Positions 46,751-58,662 of a stretch of 64,000 nt of DNA are shown here, one piece after another. The stretch covers positions 1-64,000 of the forward strand of contig CAWGHO010000001.1 of the NCBI GenBank assembly GCA_963822445.1. The letters are read 5' to 3'. The notes below the pieces were generated by a model. It did not search any database. It was not told where the DNA came from and saw only the letters and a list, made by a program, of their open reading frames with translations. Both the position numbers and the translations under genes were made by a program. This stretch comes from an uncultured Acidobacteriota bacterium (GTDB lineage: Bacteria > Acidobacteriota > Thermoanaerobaculia > Gp7-AA8). The stretch's first letter is position 1; each line of letters opens with the position of its first letter.

Positions 46751-46839
46751 TCGCGGAATTATCATATGTTACGAAGAGCAACACCGGGATCGGCTCATCA
46801 GCTGTCGCTCCCGGCGCCGACTCCGACACCACGCCTCAC

Positions 46840-48050
46840 ATGACGACGCCGGGCAGAAACTCAACGTGCTCCAGGTCTGCGACCATCTCGGGTGGGAAGG
46901 ATCGCGGATGCACGGCGTCAAGCGGCTGTTCAGCGTGGATGATTCCGCGCTTCGACCGCGACCGGTTCAACGTCTCGCTCGTCAGCCTGCGCAAGAAGGA
47001 CCTGTCCGAGGAGACCCTCGAATCGCACGGGATCGACATCACCTACCTGCAGCAAGTCGAAGTTCGATCCGCTCGACGCTGCCCGCGCTGCTCAAAGTCA
47101 TGCGACAGAAGCAGACCGACATCCTGCACCTGCACGGTTACGGCGCCACGACCTTCGGCCGCGTTGCGGCAGCGATCAGCGGATGCCGGCGATCCTGCAC
47201 GAGCACGCGAACCTGACCGACACGCCGTGGTTCCAGAAGGTCGCGGATCGCCGTGCTCGAGCCCGAGACCGACATCGCGCTGGCGGTGTCGGAGAGCACC
47301 GCCGAGTTCGTGGTGAAGGCGCGGCAGTTCCCGCCCGACAAGGTCAAAGTGGTCTACCTTGGCGTGCCGCTGGACGAGTTCAGCCGGCCGCGCAGCCAGG
47401 ATGACATCGCCCGCGCCCGCGCGGACCTTGGCGTCAGACCCGGCGAATTGGCCGTCGGCGCGGTAACTCGCCTGCACGAATCCAAAGGGAATTCGTACCT
47501 GGTCGATGCGGCGGCGCAGGTCCTGGCCCGCCGTCCCGACGCGCGGTTCTTCCTGGTCGGAGAGGGGCCGCTGCGGCCCGGGCTCGAAGCGCAGGCGCAG
47601 GCGCTCAATCTGGGTGATCGATTCGTGTTCGCGGGGTTTGCCCGGGATGTGGCGGCGGTTCTCTCGGCGTTCGATCTCAGCGTCTTTCCTTCGCTCTGGG
47701 AGGGCACGCCGCTGACCGTGTTCGAGTCGCTGGCGATGGGGAAGCCAATCGTGGCCACCGACGCGGATGGACTCGTCGACGTCCTGACGCCCGATCATGA
47801 CGCCCTCATCGTGCCCAAGCGCGACGCGCCAGCGCTGGCCGCTGCCATCGTGCGGCTTCTCGGCGACGAACCGACGCGCGTGCGGCTCGGGGAGACCGCC
47901 CGTCGGACGGCGCAGCAGTACAGCATCGAGTCGTTCGTGACGAAAATGGAGCGTCTCTACGAGCTGCTGCACCGCGTCTCACGCCCGACGCACCGGCGCG
48001 GCGTGCTCTCGGAGGATCTCTCCTTCCTGACGAGCCGCGTGACGGCATGA
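46840..48050 (+). CDS. Glycosyltransferase family 4
   Basis: DILHLHGY, RLHESKG, PSLWEGTPLTVFESLAMGKPIVAT. Confidence 0.93.
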
Positions 48051-48057
48051 CCTGGCC

Positions 48058-49086
48058 ATGAGCCGCATCGCGGTCGTCACGTCGAGCCCGCCACTGACCG
48101 GCGGCGGGCACATGGTGATCGCGCGGTCGCTGGTCGCGGGCGCTTCAGACGGCGGGCCACGACGCCGACATCGTCGTCACGCCCGCAGAACCGCTTCGGC
48201 CGGCAGGGGTCGGCCTATCTGGCGACCTGGCGGACCGATGTCGGATCGAGCGACCGGCGGCCGGATCGATCAGGTCATCAGCCTGCGATATCCCGAGCTA
48301 TGCGTCCGCCACGCGGCACGTGTGCTGGCTCAATCACACGATGCGGGAGTACTACGACCTGTGGGAGCGCTTCAGCGCGATCGCTGAGCTGCGCAGGGCC
48401 GGCTCAAGGAGCGCAGTCCGCCGCGCGCTCATTCACGCCGCCGATCGGTATCTGCTGACGCGCAACGTCGATCGGCTGTTCGTGCAATCGGCGACGGTCC
48501 AGCAGCGCCTGGCGATGTGGCCGGCGCTGCGCTCCACGGTCCTGTATCCGCCGGCGCCGCAGCGCCCGTATCGCTGCGAGCGGCTACGGCGACTTCGTGT
48601 TCATGGTGTCGCGGCTGAATCCGCTGAAGCGCGCCGATCTCCTGGTCGAGGCGCTGGCCACCCCGGATGGCGCGGGGATCCGCGCCGTCATCGCCGGTGA
48701 CGGCGAGGATCGCGACCGGCTCGAGCGCTGCGTCGACCGAGCTCGGTCTCGCGGACCGCGTCACGTTCACCGGCCGGTCTCGCAGCCACAGCTGCTTCGA
48801 TCACCTGGCGCGTTGCCGCGCGGTGTGCTTTCCGCCGTTCAAGGAGGACTACGGGTTCGTCACCGTCGAGGCGTTCGCCTCGCGCAGAGCCGTGATCACG
48901 TGCACCGACTGGGGCGGGCCGGCCGAGCTCGTGAGGACGGCGTCAGCGGCTTCGTGTGCGAACCGGCGCCCGGCGCTCGCGCGCGCGATGCGGCGGCTGA
49001 TGGACGATCCGCCGCTCGCGGAGCGGATGGGGCAGCGGCGTCGCGCCGGCGCGGCCTGACCTGGCCGGACGCCGTCCGACAGCTGA
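48058..49086 (+). CDS. Glycosyltransferase family 4
   Basis: SRLNPLKRADL, EDYGFVTVEAF, GGPAELV; 3' end approximate. Confidence 0.85.
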
Positions 49087-49120
49087 CCAGCGTCGGAACG
49101 CGTGGTACCGAAGCGGACCG

Positions 49121-49935
49121 ATGGCGTACACCTCGCCGCTCGAAACGCGCATCGCCAAGAAGGTCACCGGGCGATCACCGATCACAAGCTGATCGAGGAC
49201 GGCGATCGGGTCATGGTCGGGCTGTCGGGCGGCAAGGACAGCTGGGCGCTGATCCAGATCCTCGACGTGCTGCGGAAGCGCGCGCCGATCGACTTCTCGC
49301 TCGTCGGCGTCAACATCGACTCGGGCTACGAGGGGTACCGGCACGAGCTGACCGAGACCTGCGCCGGCCGCGGCTGGGAGTGCCGGATCGAGCACACCAA
49401 CATCGGCGAGACCATCGAAGACATCCTGCGAGCGACGACACGCCGTGTTCGCTGTGCGCGCGGCTGCGCCGCGGCGTGCTGTACCGGCTGGCCGACACGA
49501 AGTCGGCGCCACCAAGATCGCGCTCGGGCATCATCCCGACGACTTCATCGAAACGCTGCTGCTGAACATTTTCTTCGCCGGCTCGATCAAGGCGATGCCG
49601 GCGCGGCTCGTTTCCGACAACGGCGAGCATGTCGTCATTCGCCCGCTCGTCCTACGTGCTGAAGTCGGAGGCCCGTGCGTACGCCAAGGAAGCGAATGCT
49701 GCCGATCATCGGCTGCTGCTGTCCGGCGTGCGGCGACCTGAGTCTGCAGCGCCAGCGCATGAAGCGGCTGATCGCGGAGCTCGAGGTCGAGCATCCCGAC
49801 ATCAAGAGCTCGATGATCAGGGCGCTCGGCAACGTCGCGGGACGCCATCTGCTCGACAAACGTCTCAATCCGCTGCCGGAACTTCGCGACGCGATCCCGC
49901 GCGACCTTGCCGTTCCGCTCCGCCTGCACCGGTGA
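49121..49935 (+). CDS. ttcA: tRNA 2-thiocytidine biosynthesis protein TtcA
   Basis: [10 protein letters not shown]-loop, [32 protein letters not shown]. Confidence 0.9.
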
Positions 49936-51878
49936 TCGCCGGGCTCGTCTACGTCCTCCTCTACGTCGCGGCCGCCGTTCCCGGCCTTCCGATTGGCTGG
50001 CGGATGTTCGGCCGCGACAACGCCACCGGGTGGGTGGCAGGGGCGATTGTCGGCTACACAGTCACGGCGCTGGCGATCTGGATCGCGATTCGCGGCGGCA
50101 TCCCGAGCGGCGTTGCCTTCGTCGCGATGTGGGGACTGTTCTCCCTGGCGACGTGGCTCGTCGTGGACTGGCGCGCCGCGCCGCTCTTTCCGGTCGCGCC
50201 ATGGCGCCGGGCGGACACCATCGGACTCGCCGGCGTTCTCCTCCTCACGCTGATCGTGGCCGTGCCGCCGTTCGCCAGGCTCGGCAGCCGAGACGCCGCC
50301 GGCAATCGCTACTACCGTGCGTACTTCACGGCGGACTTCGTCTGGCACACGGCGCTGACGGGAGAAATCGCGGAAGTTCTCGATGCCGCCGCGCAATCCG
50401 TTCCTGCGGCATCGGGCGATTCACTACTACTGGACCTACTTTCTCGTTCCCGCGGCGATTTCGGCAACCGGCCCAGGCGATCTGCGCGACGTCGAGAAGT
50501 GCCTGAAGCTGAATGCGGTCTTCACCGGCATGCTGCTGATCTCGGCGCTGTTCCTTAGCGTGCGCGCCGCGGTTCCTGTCCCGGCCGCTGTGGCAGTGAG
50601 CGTCGGGCTGGCCTTCATCGCGGCGAGCGCCGAGGGACTGACGCAGATCTATCTCCTGTGGCGCGATGGCATTCCGTTCAGCCACCTGGCAGAGTTCAAC
50701 ATCGACGCGATCTCCGCGTGGCGGTGGGGCGGATATCGGGTCGATGGCCTGCAGCGCGCCATCTGGTACAACCCGCAACACTCGATGTCGGGCGCGGTGG
50801 GGCTGGTCGCGTTGACGGCGGCCGCGGCCGGGGGAAGCGGCCGCGCCATGACCGCAGGACTGCTCGTGGGTGTCGCGCTTGCCGGGTCCGTGCTGATGAA
50901 TCCCTTCGTCGGCTGCGTGTTTTCGCTCGCCTACGGCGTCGCCGCGATCGTTGACGCGCTGCGTCAGCAGGCCTGGATGCGCAGCGTGCTGAACAGCGCG
51001 ATGGCCGTCCTGCCGGTCCTCCTGGCGCTCGGCTGGTGCGTCGAGAACGATGTCCTGTCCGGCGCTGGAGGTGCCCTGGAGTTCGGGTTCGACGGGCCCT
51101 CGGTGAACTCTCCGTTCCTGACGCTCATGGTGTCGCTCGGGCCGGCCCTCGTTCCGGCGATCGGAAGTCTGGTCGTTCGCAGCGGCCCCGCCTGGCGGCC
51201 CGCTGGTCCCTGCCGCCACGATCGCATCACTGTCGCTGATCCTGATGTACTTCGTGCGGTTGTCCGTCGACGAGTCCTGGGTTGGATTTCGCACCGGCCA
51301 TTTGCTGCTGCTGTCGCTGCCGTCGCTGTCCGCGCGCTTCTTTGCATCCACATGGCCGAAGGCCCCAGTCCTTGCGGCGTCAGTCGCAGTGGCTGTTCTG
51401 GTCGCTGGCGCCCCGACGCTGCTCATCGATGCGTACAACGCGCAGGACATCGGCAACCGCTCTCCCGGGCCGGGATTCCCGTGGACCCGGGTCGTGACAC
51501 CAGCAGAGCAGGAGGCCTTCCGCTGGATCCGTGAGCAGACACCTGAGACAGCGACGGTCCAGCAGGACGCGCTGGCGCGTCACCCGACGACATGGTGGGT
51601 GGTGCCGACCTTCGGCCACGGCGCATGGCCGCGGGCCTGCCCCCGTTCATGCTCGACATGCCCGAATACCACGAGAAAGCGGCGGCCGTGCGGCTGGTGT
51701 ACGCGACGCATGACGCAGCCGAGGCGAATGCGGTTGCCCACAGCCTGCGCATCGACTATCTCTACGTCGATGGCGTCGAGCGCCAGGCCTATCCGGGAGG
51801 CGTCGCGAAGTTCGACGACCCTCGCTATTTCATTCCTGCGTTCCGAATGACCAGGTGGCGGTGTACCAGGTGCGCTGA
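49932..51878 (+). CDS. Large polytopic membrane protein, GT-C-like
   Basis: YFTADFVWH...PPRNPF...HYYWTYF, many TMs, C-terminal AFRWIREQTPE...IDYLYV soluble tail. Confidence 0.6.
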
Positions 51879-51882
51879 GGAT

Positions 51883-52583
51883 TTACCCGCGCCGGTACCT
51901 CCAGAGAGTCCTGGTGGCGATGAACCAGTCGCGCAGGCCGATCTTCTTGCCTTCCGCCGCGCTCCGCGGGTAGTAGCGGATCGGCACTTCGGCGATGCGC
52001 TGCGCCGCGCGCCAGCATCCGCGCGGTGATCTCGTGATCGAGCTCGAAGCCGGTGGTCTCGAGCGGCAGCGACGGCGAGGTCGGCGCGGTGGAACAGCTT
52101 CAGCGCGGTCACCGTGTCGGTCAGGTAGCGGCCGGTGAACAGCCAGCGCGATCAGCGCTCAGGCTTCGGCCGCCGAGATACGCGGCCAGCGACTGGTTCG
52201 GGTGCCGTCCCCGCCCGAGGTACCGGCTGCCGTAGACGATGTCCGCGCGTCCGCTCAGCAGCGCCCGCAGCATCGGCAGGTAGTCTTGCGGGTCGTACTC
52301 GAGGTCGGCGTCCTGGATGATCAGGTAGTCGCCGGTCGCGGCGCGCGATGCCGGCGCGGACCGCCCGGCCCTTGCCGCCGTTGCGTTCCATGCCGGATGC
52401 AGCGTGCACGCCGGCGACGCCGCGACGATCTCGGCCGTCCGGTCCTCGCGAGCAGTCGTCGACGACGATGATCTCTGTCGCGACGCCCAGCGGCGGCAGA
52501 TCGACGGCCTTGATCTGCTCGAGCAGCGTGCCGATGAAGCGCTCCTCGTTGTAGGCGGGGATGACGATCGACAGCGTCTTCAC
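51883..52583 (-). CDS. GT2 glycosyltransferase (DPM1-like)
   Basis: LSIVIPAYNEE, VDDCS, NGGKG, IQDADLEYDP, YGSRY, GFELDHEIT, GKKIG..DW. Confidence 0.9.
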
Positions 52584-53348
52584 GGATCGGCCGGCCTCGT
52601 CCGCAACCAGTGCTTCGACCGCGCGCAGGTCCTCCGGCGTGTTGATGCCCATCGCCTCCATCGGGATCGGTGCACGGAATCGGTGATGACCGTGCCGTGT
52701 CCGGCCAGCCACGGAATGAACGGCAGGAAGTTGCGCTCGCCGGTGCCCGCGCCCGGCTGCACCTCGCGCGCAAAGCGGGGCAGCTCGATCTCGAAGGCCG
52801 CGCGCGACAGCGCGAACAGGCCGATGTCGCTCTCGCCTGTCGGCGGGCAGCTTGTCGCCCTCGCGCTGCTGCAGCACCGGCCGGATCCGGCCGCTGTGCG
52901 TCGCGATCGAAGTGAATGTACGAGTCGGCGCGCCATACGGTCGGAAAAACCATGGCCGGCGGCGGCAGCGCCTCAGTCTCGCTGGCAAGCCGCGCCAGCG
53001 TCGCCGGCAGCAGGCCAACCTGATCGCACCAGACGATCCACACGGCGTCCGGCTGGCGGCTGCCACCGCCCGCGTGGCCAAGCAGGATCGCGTCGAGCAT
53101 GCCGGTCGGCGCTGTCTGTTCGGCAATGGTGATGCGCAGCCGTGTGTTCCACTCGCGATCGACATGCGCGGCGATGTCGCGCGAGAACGACGGGTTCGCG
53201 ACGATGACCGCGGCCTCGACGTACGGCGCCGACAGGTCCAGCAAATGGTCGAGCATGGGACGGCCGTTCACCGGAACGAGTGCTTTCGGGTCGATGTCTT
53301 CAGGCGGGAGCCGAGCCCCGCGGCCGGCACGATCAGCAAGCGGCGCAT
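52580..53348 (-). CDS. NTP-transferase (nucleotidyltransferase) domain protein
   Basis: LIVPAAGLGSRL, PVNGRPML, EQ..PTGM, VWCDQ, GINTPED. Confidence 0.85.
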
Positions 53349-53469
53349 GCGCAGGAAGATGATTGTATGCTCCCGGCGCGCTCCGGGTCGCATGCTATAC
53401 CCGGCCTCGCTGGGACGTTCTGATCGCCTGCCGTCGTTTACGCACAGCAGGGGCCCCGCCTCACCGTGA

Positions 53470-55389
53470 TTGCACGCCATACCGAGCCTGTCACGTCGTC
53501 GTCTTTCGGGTGGCCGCGGTTCGAGCGGTCCTCTCGAAGGAGCTGATCCGGCGTCGCCGACGTCCGGCTCACGCTCGCGATCAACGGCTACGACGACGGA
53601 ATGTCGACCGGCGAGGTGCGGCGGTTTCTCGGCGACAGCCTCGGGCCCTCAGACTTCCGCAAGAACGCCTCGCATCTCGCGCGCGACCTCGGCGCTGTCG
53701 GATCGAGCTCGTCGACCTGCTCGATGTCCGGCCTCCCGGATGGCGTCGACGCGCGAAGCCGCGCTGGCGTTTCTGCGTGAGCGATCGATCGAGCCCGAGC
53801 AGGTCTCGCCGACCGGTTCGAGGGTTCGCGCGCGAGCTGCCAGCGACCGGCAAGCCGTTCGACTTCGCCGACTGCAGCGTCGGCAACCTGGTGTTCGCCG
53901 GGGTTTTCTGCGCGCCGGGCAGGCGCTTCAACGACGCGCTCGACGACTACTGCGCACTGCTCGGGCTCGAGCCCGGCGTCTGATCGAGAACGTGTCGGAC
54001 GGCACCGACGCCTACCTCGTCGCCCTCGATCTCGGCGGCCGGCTGCTGCCAGCGAAGCGGACATCGTCGATGCGAACGCGGCGCAACCGGATCAAGCCGA
54101 CATTTACCTGTGGCTCGGCGGCTGACACCGCAGGACGGAGGCGCGAAGTCGCCGGTATGACCGCCGCGGATAGTCGGCCGCCGTCGCCAGCTCGAGCGGC
54201 AGATTCCGGCCAATCCGCGGCTGCTGCAGCGGCTCGCCGAGGCCGACCTGATCGTCTACTCGCCGGGCACACAGCATTCGTCGCTGTTTCCGTCGTACCT
54301 GACGCAGGGGCTGAGCGCCACGATCGGCGCCAATCTGAAGGCGGTCAAGCTGCTGATCACCAACATCCAGCCGGATGCGGAGATTGCCGACGCCACCGCG
54401 GTCGAGATCATCGAGAAGGCGGTGCACTACCTGCAGGAGAAGGGACGCCGGTCGCTGCCGGCGCCATGTCTGATCACGCACTACGTGCTCAACGATCCGC
54501 GCGGCTCGGACCAGGCCCCTACGTACCGCTCGGACGCTTGGACAGCATCGAGGACCCAGGCTGGTGAGGATCGGCAACTACGAGGATGGCGTCACCGGCC
54601 GCCACGACGCCGCCAAGGTGCTCGGACCGTTCATCCAGTCGCTGCTCCCGCGCCGCGCCAGCGCGTGGCGCTGTGGCTGCACGATGCGGATTCGCCCAAC
54701 AAGGTGGCGCAGACGCTGCTGGAGCTCGTCCGCGCGCGCATCCAGTCGCTGCCGCTCGAGATCACGGCGTTCTACAGCCGGCCCCGGGAGCACTCGATGC
54801 GGAGTTCGTGGCGACGCTGCCGATTCAGGGCGTGCCATGTCGCCGCCGGCGCACCGAGTTTGCCGCGGAGATACCCCCAGCCGGTTCGACTACGTCATGC
54901 TCTTCGAGTCGTCGGGCATGTACAACGGCGAGGACGTCGCCAGCCTGGCGTCGTATCTGACCTCCGGGCGGCTCGATTCGGTGTGGGGGAGCAGGCGGTT
55001 GTCGGTCAGGGACATCGAAGCCTCGATCCGCCTGCCGTACAAGCACGAGCCGCTCCTGCGTGCGCCAGCGTCGTCGGCAGCCATGTGCTCAGCGTGGCTA
55101 TCTCGTGCTGTATGGCGGTACATGTCGGACACGCTCTCCGGCGCGCGCGGCTTGCGCGTCCGGCTATTGTGCTCGCCGAAGAGACATCGTTCGCCGACCG
55201 GCTGCTGAATCAGCAGCTGCTCTCCGGCTGCTCTAGAATCGCGCCGAAATCCTCGAGACCCGGTCCAGTTCCATCCGATGTCGCCTGGGCAAGGTGAGGC
55301 GGACGAGTATCATGGAAGGGATCCACGCGCTCACCACGATCGTCCGGGAGCGTTTGCGGCCTGCAGCGCCTTCGTTGCAGCGTGACTGA
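53470..55389 (+). CDS. CofD/YvcK-family protein with extra C-terminal GT2-like domain
   Basis: SGGRGS, INGYDDGMSTG, GPSDFRK, SVGNL, ADLIVYSPGTQHSSLFPS; C-terminal SGMY..ED, VWGSRR, DTLSG. Confidence 0.7.
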
Positions 55390-55394
55390 GAGAG

Positions 55395-56175
55395 GTGTCG
55401 TTGAGAAAACAGTTCGCGATTCTGTTGATCACGACGGGTTTGATCTGCAGCGCGTCGGTCGCGTCGGCGCAGCAGCGCCCGCTCGTGACCGAGGACCCCG
55501 AAACCATCGGCGCCGGTTTGATTCTGTTCGAGGGCGGAATGGAGATCCAGCGCGAGATCTTCTATCCGGTGTCGGGACTCGAAGGCGATTTGCTGCGGTT
55601 CCCGACGCTCGGGGTCAGCTTCGGCCTGAGCTCGATCGCCGAGCTGCAACTCGACGGCGGCTTCTACAATCGGCTCACTGTGAACAGTCGCCAACGCGCT
55701 CCATTGTCGGGTGAGCTCGATTTCGAGGGCGATGAAACCACCGATGTCGAGGATTTGATCCTGGCCACCAAGATCCGTCTGGTGCCGGAGGCGTCCAGCC
55801 GGCCGGCGATCGCGCTCCGTTTCGCCACGAAACTGCCGAACGCCAGCAACGAGAGTGGTCTCGGCCTCGATACGACGGATTTCTTCGTCAGCACGCTCAT
55901 CGGCAAGACCGTCGAATCCGTGCGGATGGTCGGCAATATCGGCCTCGGGATCCTTGGCGATCCGACCGAGGGTGATCGGCAGGGGGACGTCCTCACCTAC
56001 GGCTTTTCCATCGCCCGTGCCGTCCGGGGAAGGGCTCGAAATCGTCGGCGAGATTAACGGGCGCTATGTGCCGACCGACCCGGAGGACACGCCCCCCGGA
56101 ACCGACAGCCGGGCGGCCATGCGGCTGGGGGCACGATTCACTCACAGCACGATCCGGGTGGATGCCGGCATCGAT
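55395..56175 (+). CDS. Exported putative outer-membrane (transporter-like) protein, 3'-truncated at adapter
   Basis: Signal peptide, QRPLVTEDP, LRFATKLPNA, amphipathic strands. Confidence 0.6.
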
Positions 56176-56225
56176 AGCAATACGCAACTGAAACCAGTAG
56201 AGGACACAGAACACGTCGTATTGCT
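56176..56225. other. Back-to-back Nanopore adapter remnants (chimeric junction)
   Basis: agcaatacgcaactgaa resembles the adapter reverse complement AGCAATACGTAACTGAAC; cgtattgct follows; genes on both sides are truncated. Confidence 0.9.
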
Positions 56226-56508
56226 AGGGCATTGCGCCACTCGCTGTGGGAGTGCCCGTCGCCGGAAGGGTATTCCGACGACACGCCCTACTGGCTCGAT
56301 CCGGACGGCATGACGATCCGGCTCGACACCTCGCTTCTCTCGGCCTGGGTCTATGGCCCACGTTTCAAGGGTGGCGTGGCCGCGCTCGCCTCGAGTCTCT
56401 TCGATCGTGCTCTATCTATCGAAACGCGCGAGCGCATCGCCGCTGCCGGCGACAGGAGCTACGCCCTCACGATCCTCTTCTCGTCACCAGAATTCCAACG
56501 GAGGTAAC
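56226..56508 (+). CDS. DUF1800 family protein, C-terminal fragment
   Basis: LW.CPSPEGY......W...LFSSPEFQRR; directly upstream of DUF1501. Confidence 0.8.
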
Positions 56509-56512
56509 GACC

Positions 56513-57892
56513 ATGAGCGACGACCGTCCGTTGGACCCGGCCGAAACGAGGCTGCATCGCGCCGCTTGCGAGGGATGCGCCGAGTCCCGCCTCCTGATGT
56601 CCCGGCGTTCAATGCTTGGCGTCACCGCGGGGCTGTTCTCCTGGGCCTTCATGCCACGCTACGCGGAGGCGGCGAGCGCCGGCGGCGATCCGCGCCTGCT
56701 GGTCGTCGTGCTGCGCGGTGGGATGGACGGGATCTCGACCGTCGTGCCCTTCGGCGATCCGCACTACGTCTCTATGCGCGGCGATATCGCTATTCCCGCT
56801 GCGAGCACGATCAGGCTCAACAGCTTCTTCGGCCTGCATCCGGCCCTGGCGAGCTTTGGAAATCACTACAAGGCGGGCGATGCCGCGGTGGTGCATGCCA
56901 CCTGCACTCCGCTTCGCAACCGTTCGCATTTCGATGCGCAGGACAACCTGGAGAACGGCCTGCCCGGGCTCGCCTCCAACCCAACGGGGTGGCTCAACCG
57001 CCTGCTCACGGCGCTGCCCGCCGGCGCTCCGATCAAGTCGAAGGGCGCCATCCAGATCGGCGATGCGCCACTTATCCTCCGCGGACCGGCGCTGGTGCTC
57101 GGCTGGTCGCCGACCTGGTTCACCCACGTGAAGGACCCGACGCTCTATCTGGTGCGCACGCTCTACCGCGAAAACGATCCGAAGCTCCTCTCCGTCCTCG
57201 AGCAGGGACTGAGGGCCGACCGGCTCGCGGAACGCAGCGACGTGGACGATGGCGACATCAGCAGCCTGCGCAAGGGTTTTCGCGGCGCGGCGCGGCTGGT
57301 CGGAGCGGCCGACGGACCGCGCATCGCGGTGCTTTCTGTGGGCGGCTGGGACACGCATTCCGACCAGGGCGGAGTTACGGGTGCGATGGCGGGTGTGCTC
57401 GGCGAGCTGGACCGGGGCATCCAGGATTTCCGGACCACGATCGGCTCTGCATGGAGCCAGACGGTGATCGTTATGGTCACCGAATTCGGCCGTACCGTGC
57501 GTGCCAACGGCGACGACGGCACCGACCACGGGGTCGGCACAGTGGCGCTTCTCGCCGGGGGAGCGGTGAATGGCGGAAAAGTGTTCGGCGACTGGCCAGG
57601 ACTGGCGCCGGCCAAGCTCTACGAAGGCAGCGACCTGAAGCCCACCACCGACATCCGCTCGGTCTTCAAGGGTGTGTTGCGGGACCATCTCGGGGTTCCC
57701 TCGACGCTGCTCAATTCCACGATCTTTCCCGCGAGCCAATCTGCACCGCCGATGCCGAACCTCGTGAAGAGCAGCGCTGCCTCGGCGGCCGCGATGTCCG
57801 TCACGGATTTTGCTCCCGCGCCGCTCAGGTCGGAGCCGGCGATCGCGCGCTACCGCCGGGGAGCGCGTGTGTCGGTGGAACACCCGACGTAG
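56513..57892 (+). CDS. DUF1501 domain protein (Tat signal)
   Basis: SRRSML Tat motif, LRGGMDG, RSHFDAQ, GGWDTH, TEFGRT, GTDHG, GDWPGL. Confidence 0.92.
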   Translation: MSDDRPLDPAETRLHRAACEGCAESRLLMSRRSMLGVTAGLFSWAFMPRYAEAASAGGDPRLLVVVLRGGMDGISTVVPFGDPHYVSMRGDIAIPAASTIRLNSFFGLHPALASFGNHYKAGDAAVVHATCTPLRNRSHFDAQDNLENGLPGLASNPTGWLNRLLTALPAGAPIKSKGAIQIGDAPLILRGPALVLGWSPTWFTHVKDPTLYLVRTLYRENDPKLLSVLEQGLRADRLAERSDVDDGDISSLRKGFRGAARLVGAADGPRIAVLSVGGWDTHSDQGGVTGAMAGVLGELDRGIQDFRTTIGSAWSQTVIVMVTEFGRTVRANGDDGTDHGVGTVALLAGGAVNGGKVFGDWPGLAPAKLYEGSDLKPTTDIRSVFKGVLRDHLGVPSTLLNSTIFPASQSAPPMPNLVKSSAASAAAMSVTDFAPAPLRSEPAIARYRRGARVSVEHPT

Positions 57893-57912
57893 CGGAGGGC
57901 GTTTTGAGGCAA

Positions 57913-57933
57913 CCTTCTCCCTCTGGGAGAAGG
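57913..57933. repeat. REP-like hairpin
   Basis: ccttctccctctgggagaagg, same motif as at 58663 and 58775. Confidence 0.6.
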
Positions 57934-58001
57934 ATCGTGCTCCGGCGTTTGCGAACCACGTCCCGCCGTGTATGAACGCCTCCGGCAATGGAGGCGTGGC
58001 G

Positions 58002-58643
58002 ATGGCTGACAAAATCGAGGGCGTGACGGTCATCAGCCACCCGCTGGTGCAACACAAGCTCACCATCATGCGCGACAAGGAGACATCGACGCGCGGCTTT
58101 CGTCAGCTGCTGCGCGAGACGGCGGCGCTCATCTGCTACGAGGCGACGCGCGACTTGCCGCTCGAAACCGTCGAGATCGAGACGCCGCTCGCCCCGATGC
58201 AGGCGAAAAAGATCGCTGGCAAGAAGCTGGTCTTCGCGTCGATCCTGCGCGCCGGCAACGGGCTTCTGGAAGGTATGCTCGACCTCGTGCCCTCGGCGCG
58301 CGTCGCCCACATCGGCATCTATCGCGACCACAAGACGCTACAGCCGGTCGAGTACTATTTCAAAGCTCCGGAAGATCTTTCCGAGCGCACCGTCATCTGC
58401 GTCGATCCGATGCTCGCCACGGCCAATTCCTCGGTCGCCGCGATCGACAAGCTGAAGAGCCGCGGCGCCAAGGACATCCGCTTTGTCTGCTTGCTTGCCG
58501 CGCCGGAGGGGATCAAGCATTTTCGCGAAATGCACCCCGACGTGCCGATTTTCACAGCGGCGATTGACAGCCATTTGAACGAGCTGGGTTATATCGTCCC
58601 TGGCCTCGGCGACGCGGGCGACCGCATGTACGGCACGAAGTGA
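58002..58643 (+). CDS. upp: Uracil phosphoribosyltransferase
   Basis: [42 protein letters not shown]. Confidence 0.97.
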   Translation: MADKIEGVTVISHPLVQHKLTIMRDKETSTRGFRQLLRETAALICYEATRDLPLETVEIETPLAPMQAKKIAGKKLVFASILRAGNGLLEGMLDLVPSARVAHIGIYRDHKTLQPVEYYFKAPEDLSERTVICVDPMLATANSSVAAIDKLKSRGAKDIRFVCLLAAPEGIKHFREMHPDVPIFTAAIDSHLNELGYIVPGLGDAGDRMYGTK

Positions 58644-58662
58644 GGCCAGGCGGTGGAGCAAG

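Noticed and set aside
53470-54600. F420 biosynthesis
   Set aside because: No cofG/cofH/cofE/fbiC genes are present and the context is glycosyltransferases
31-56175. Mass pseudogenisation or programmed frameshifting
   Set aside because: Indels hit essential and housekeeping genes (recA, aroA, thiolase) indiscriminately and adapters are present, so they are read errors
56176-56225. Terminal inverted repeats of a mobile element (agcaatacg/cgtattgct)
   Set aside because: The IR is the Nanopore adapter end seen in both orientations
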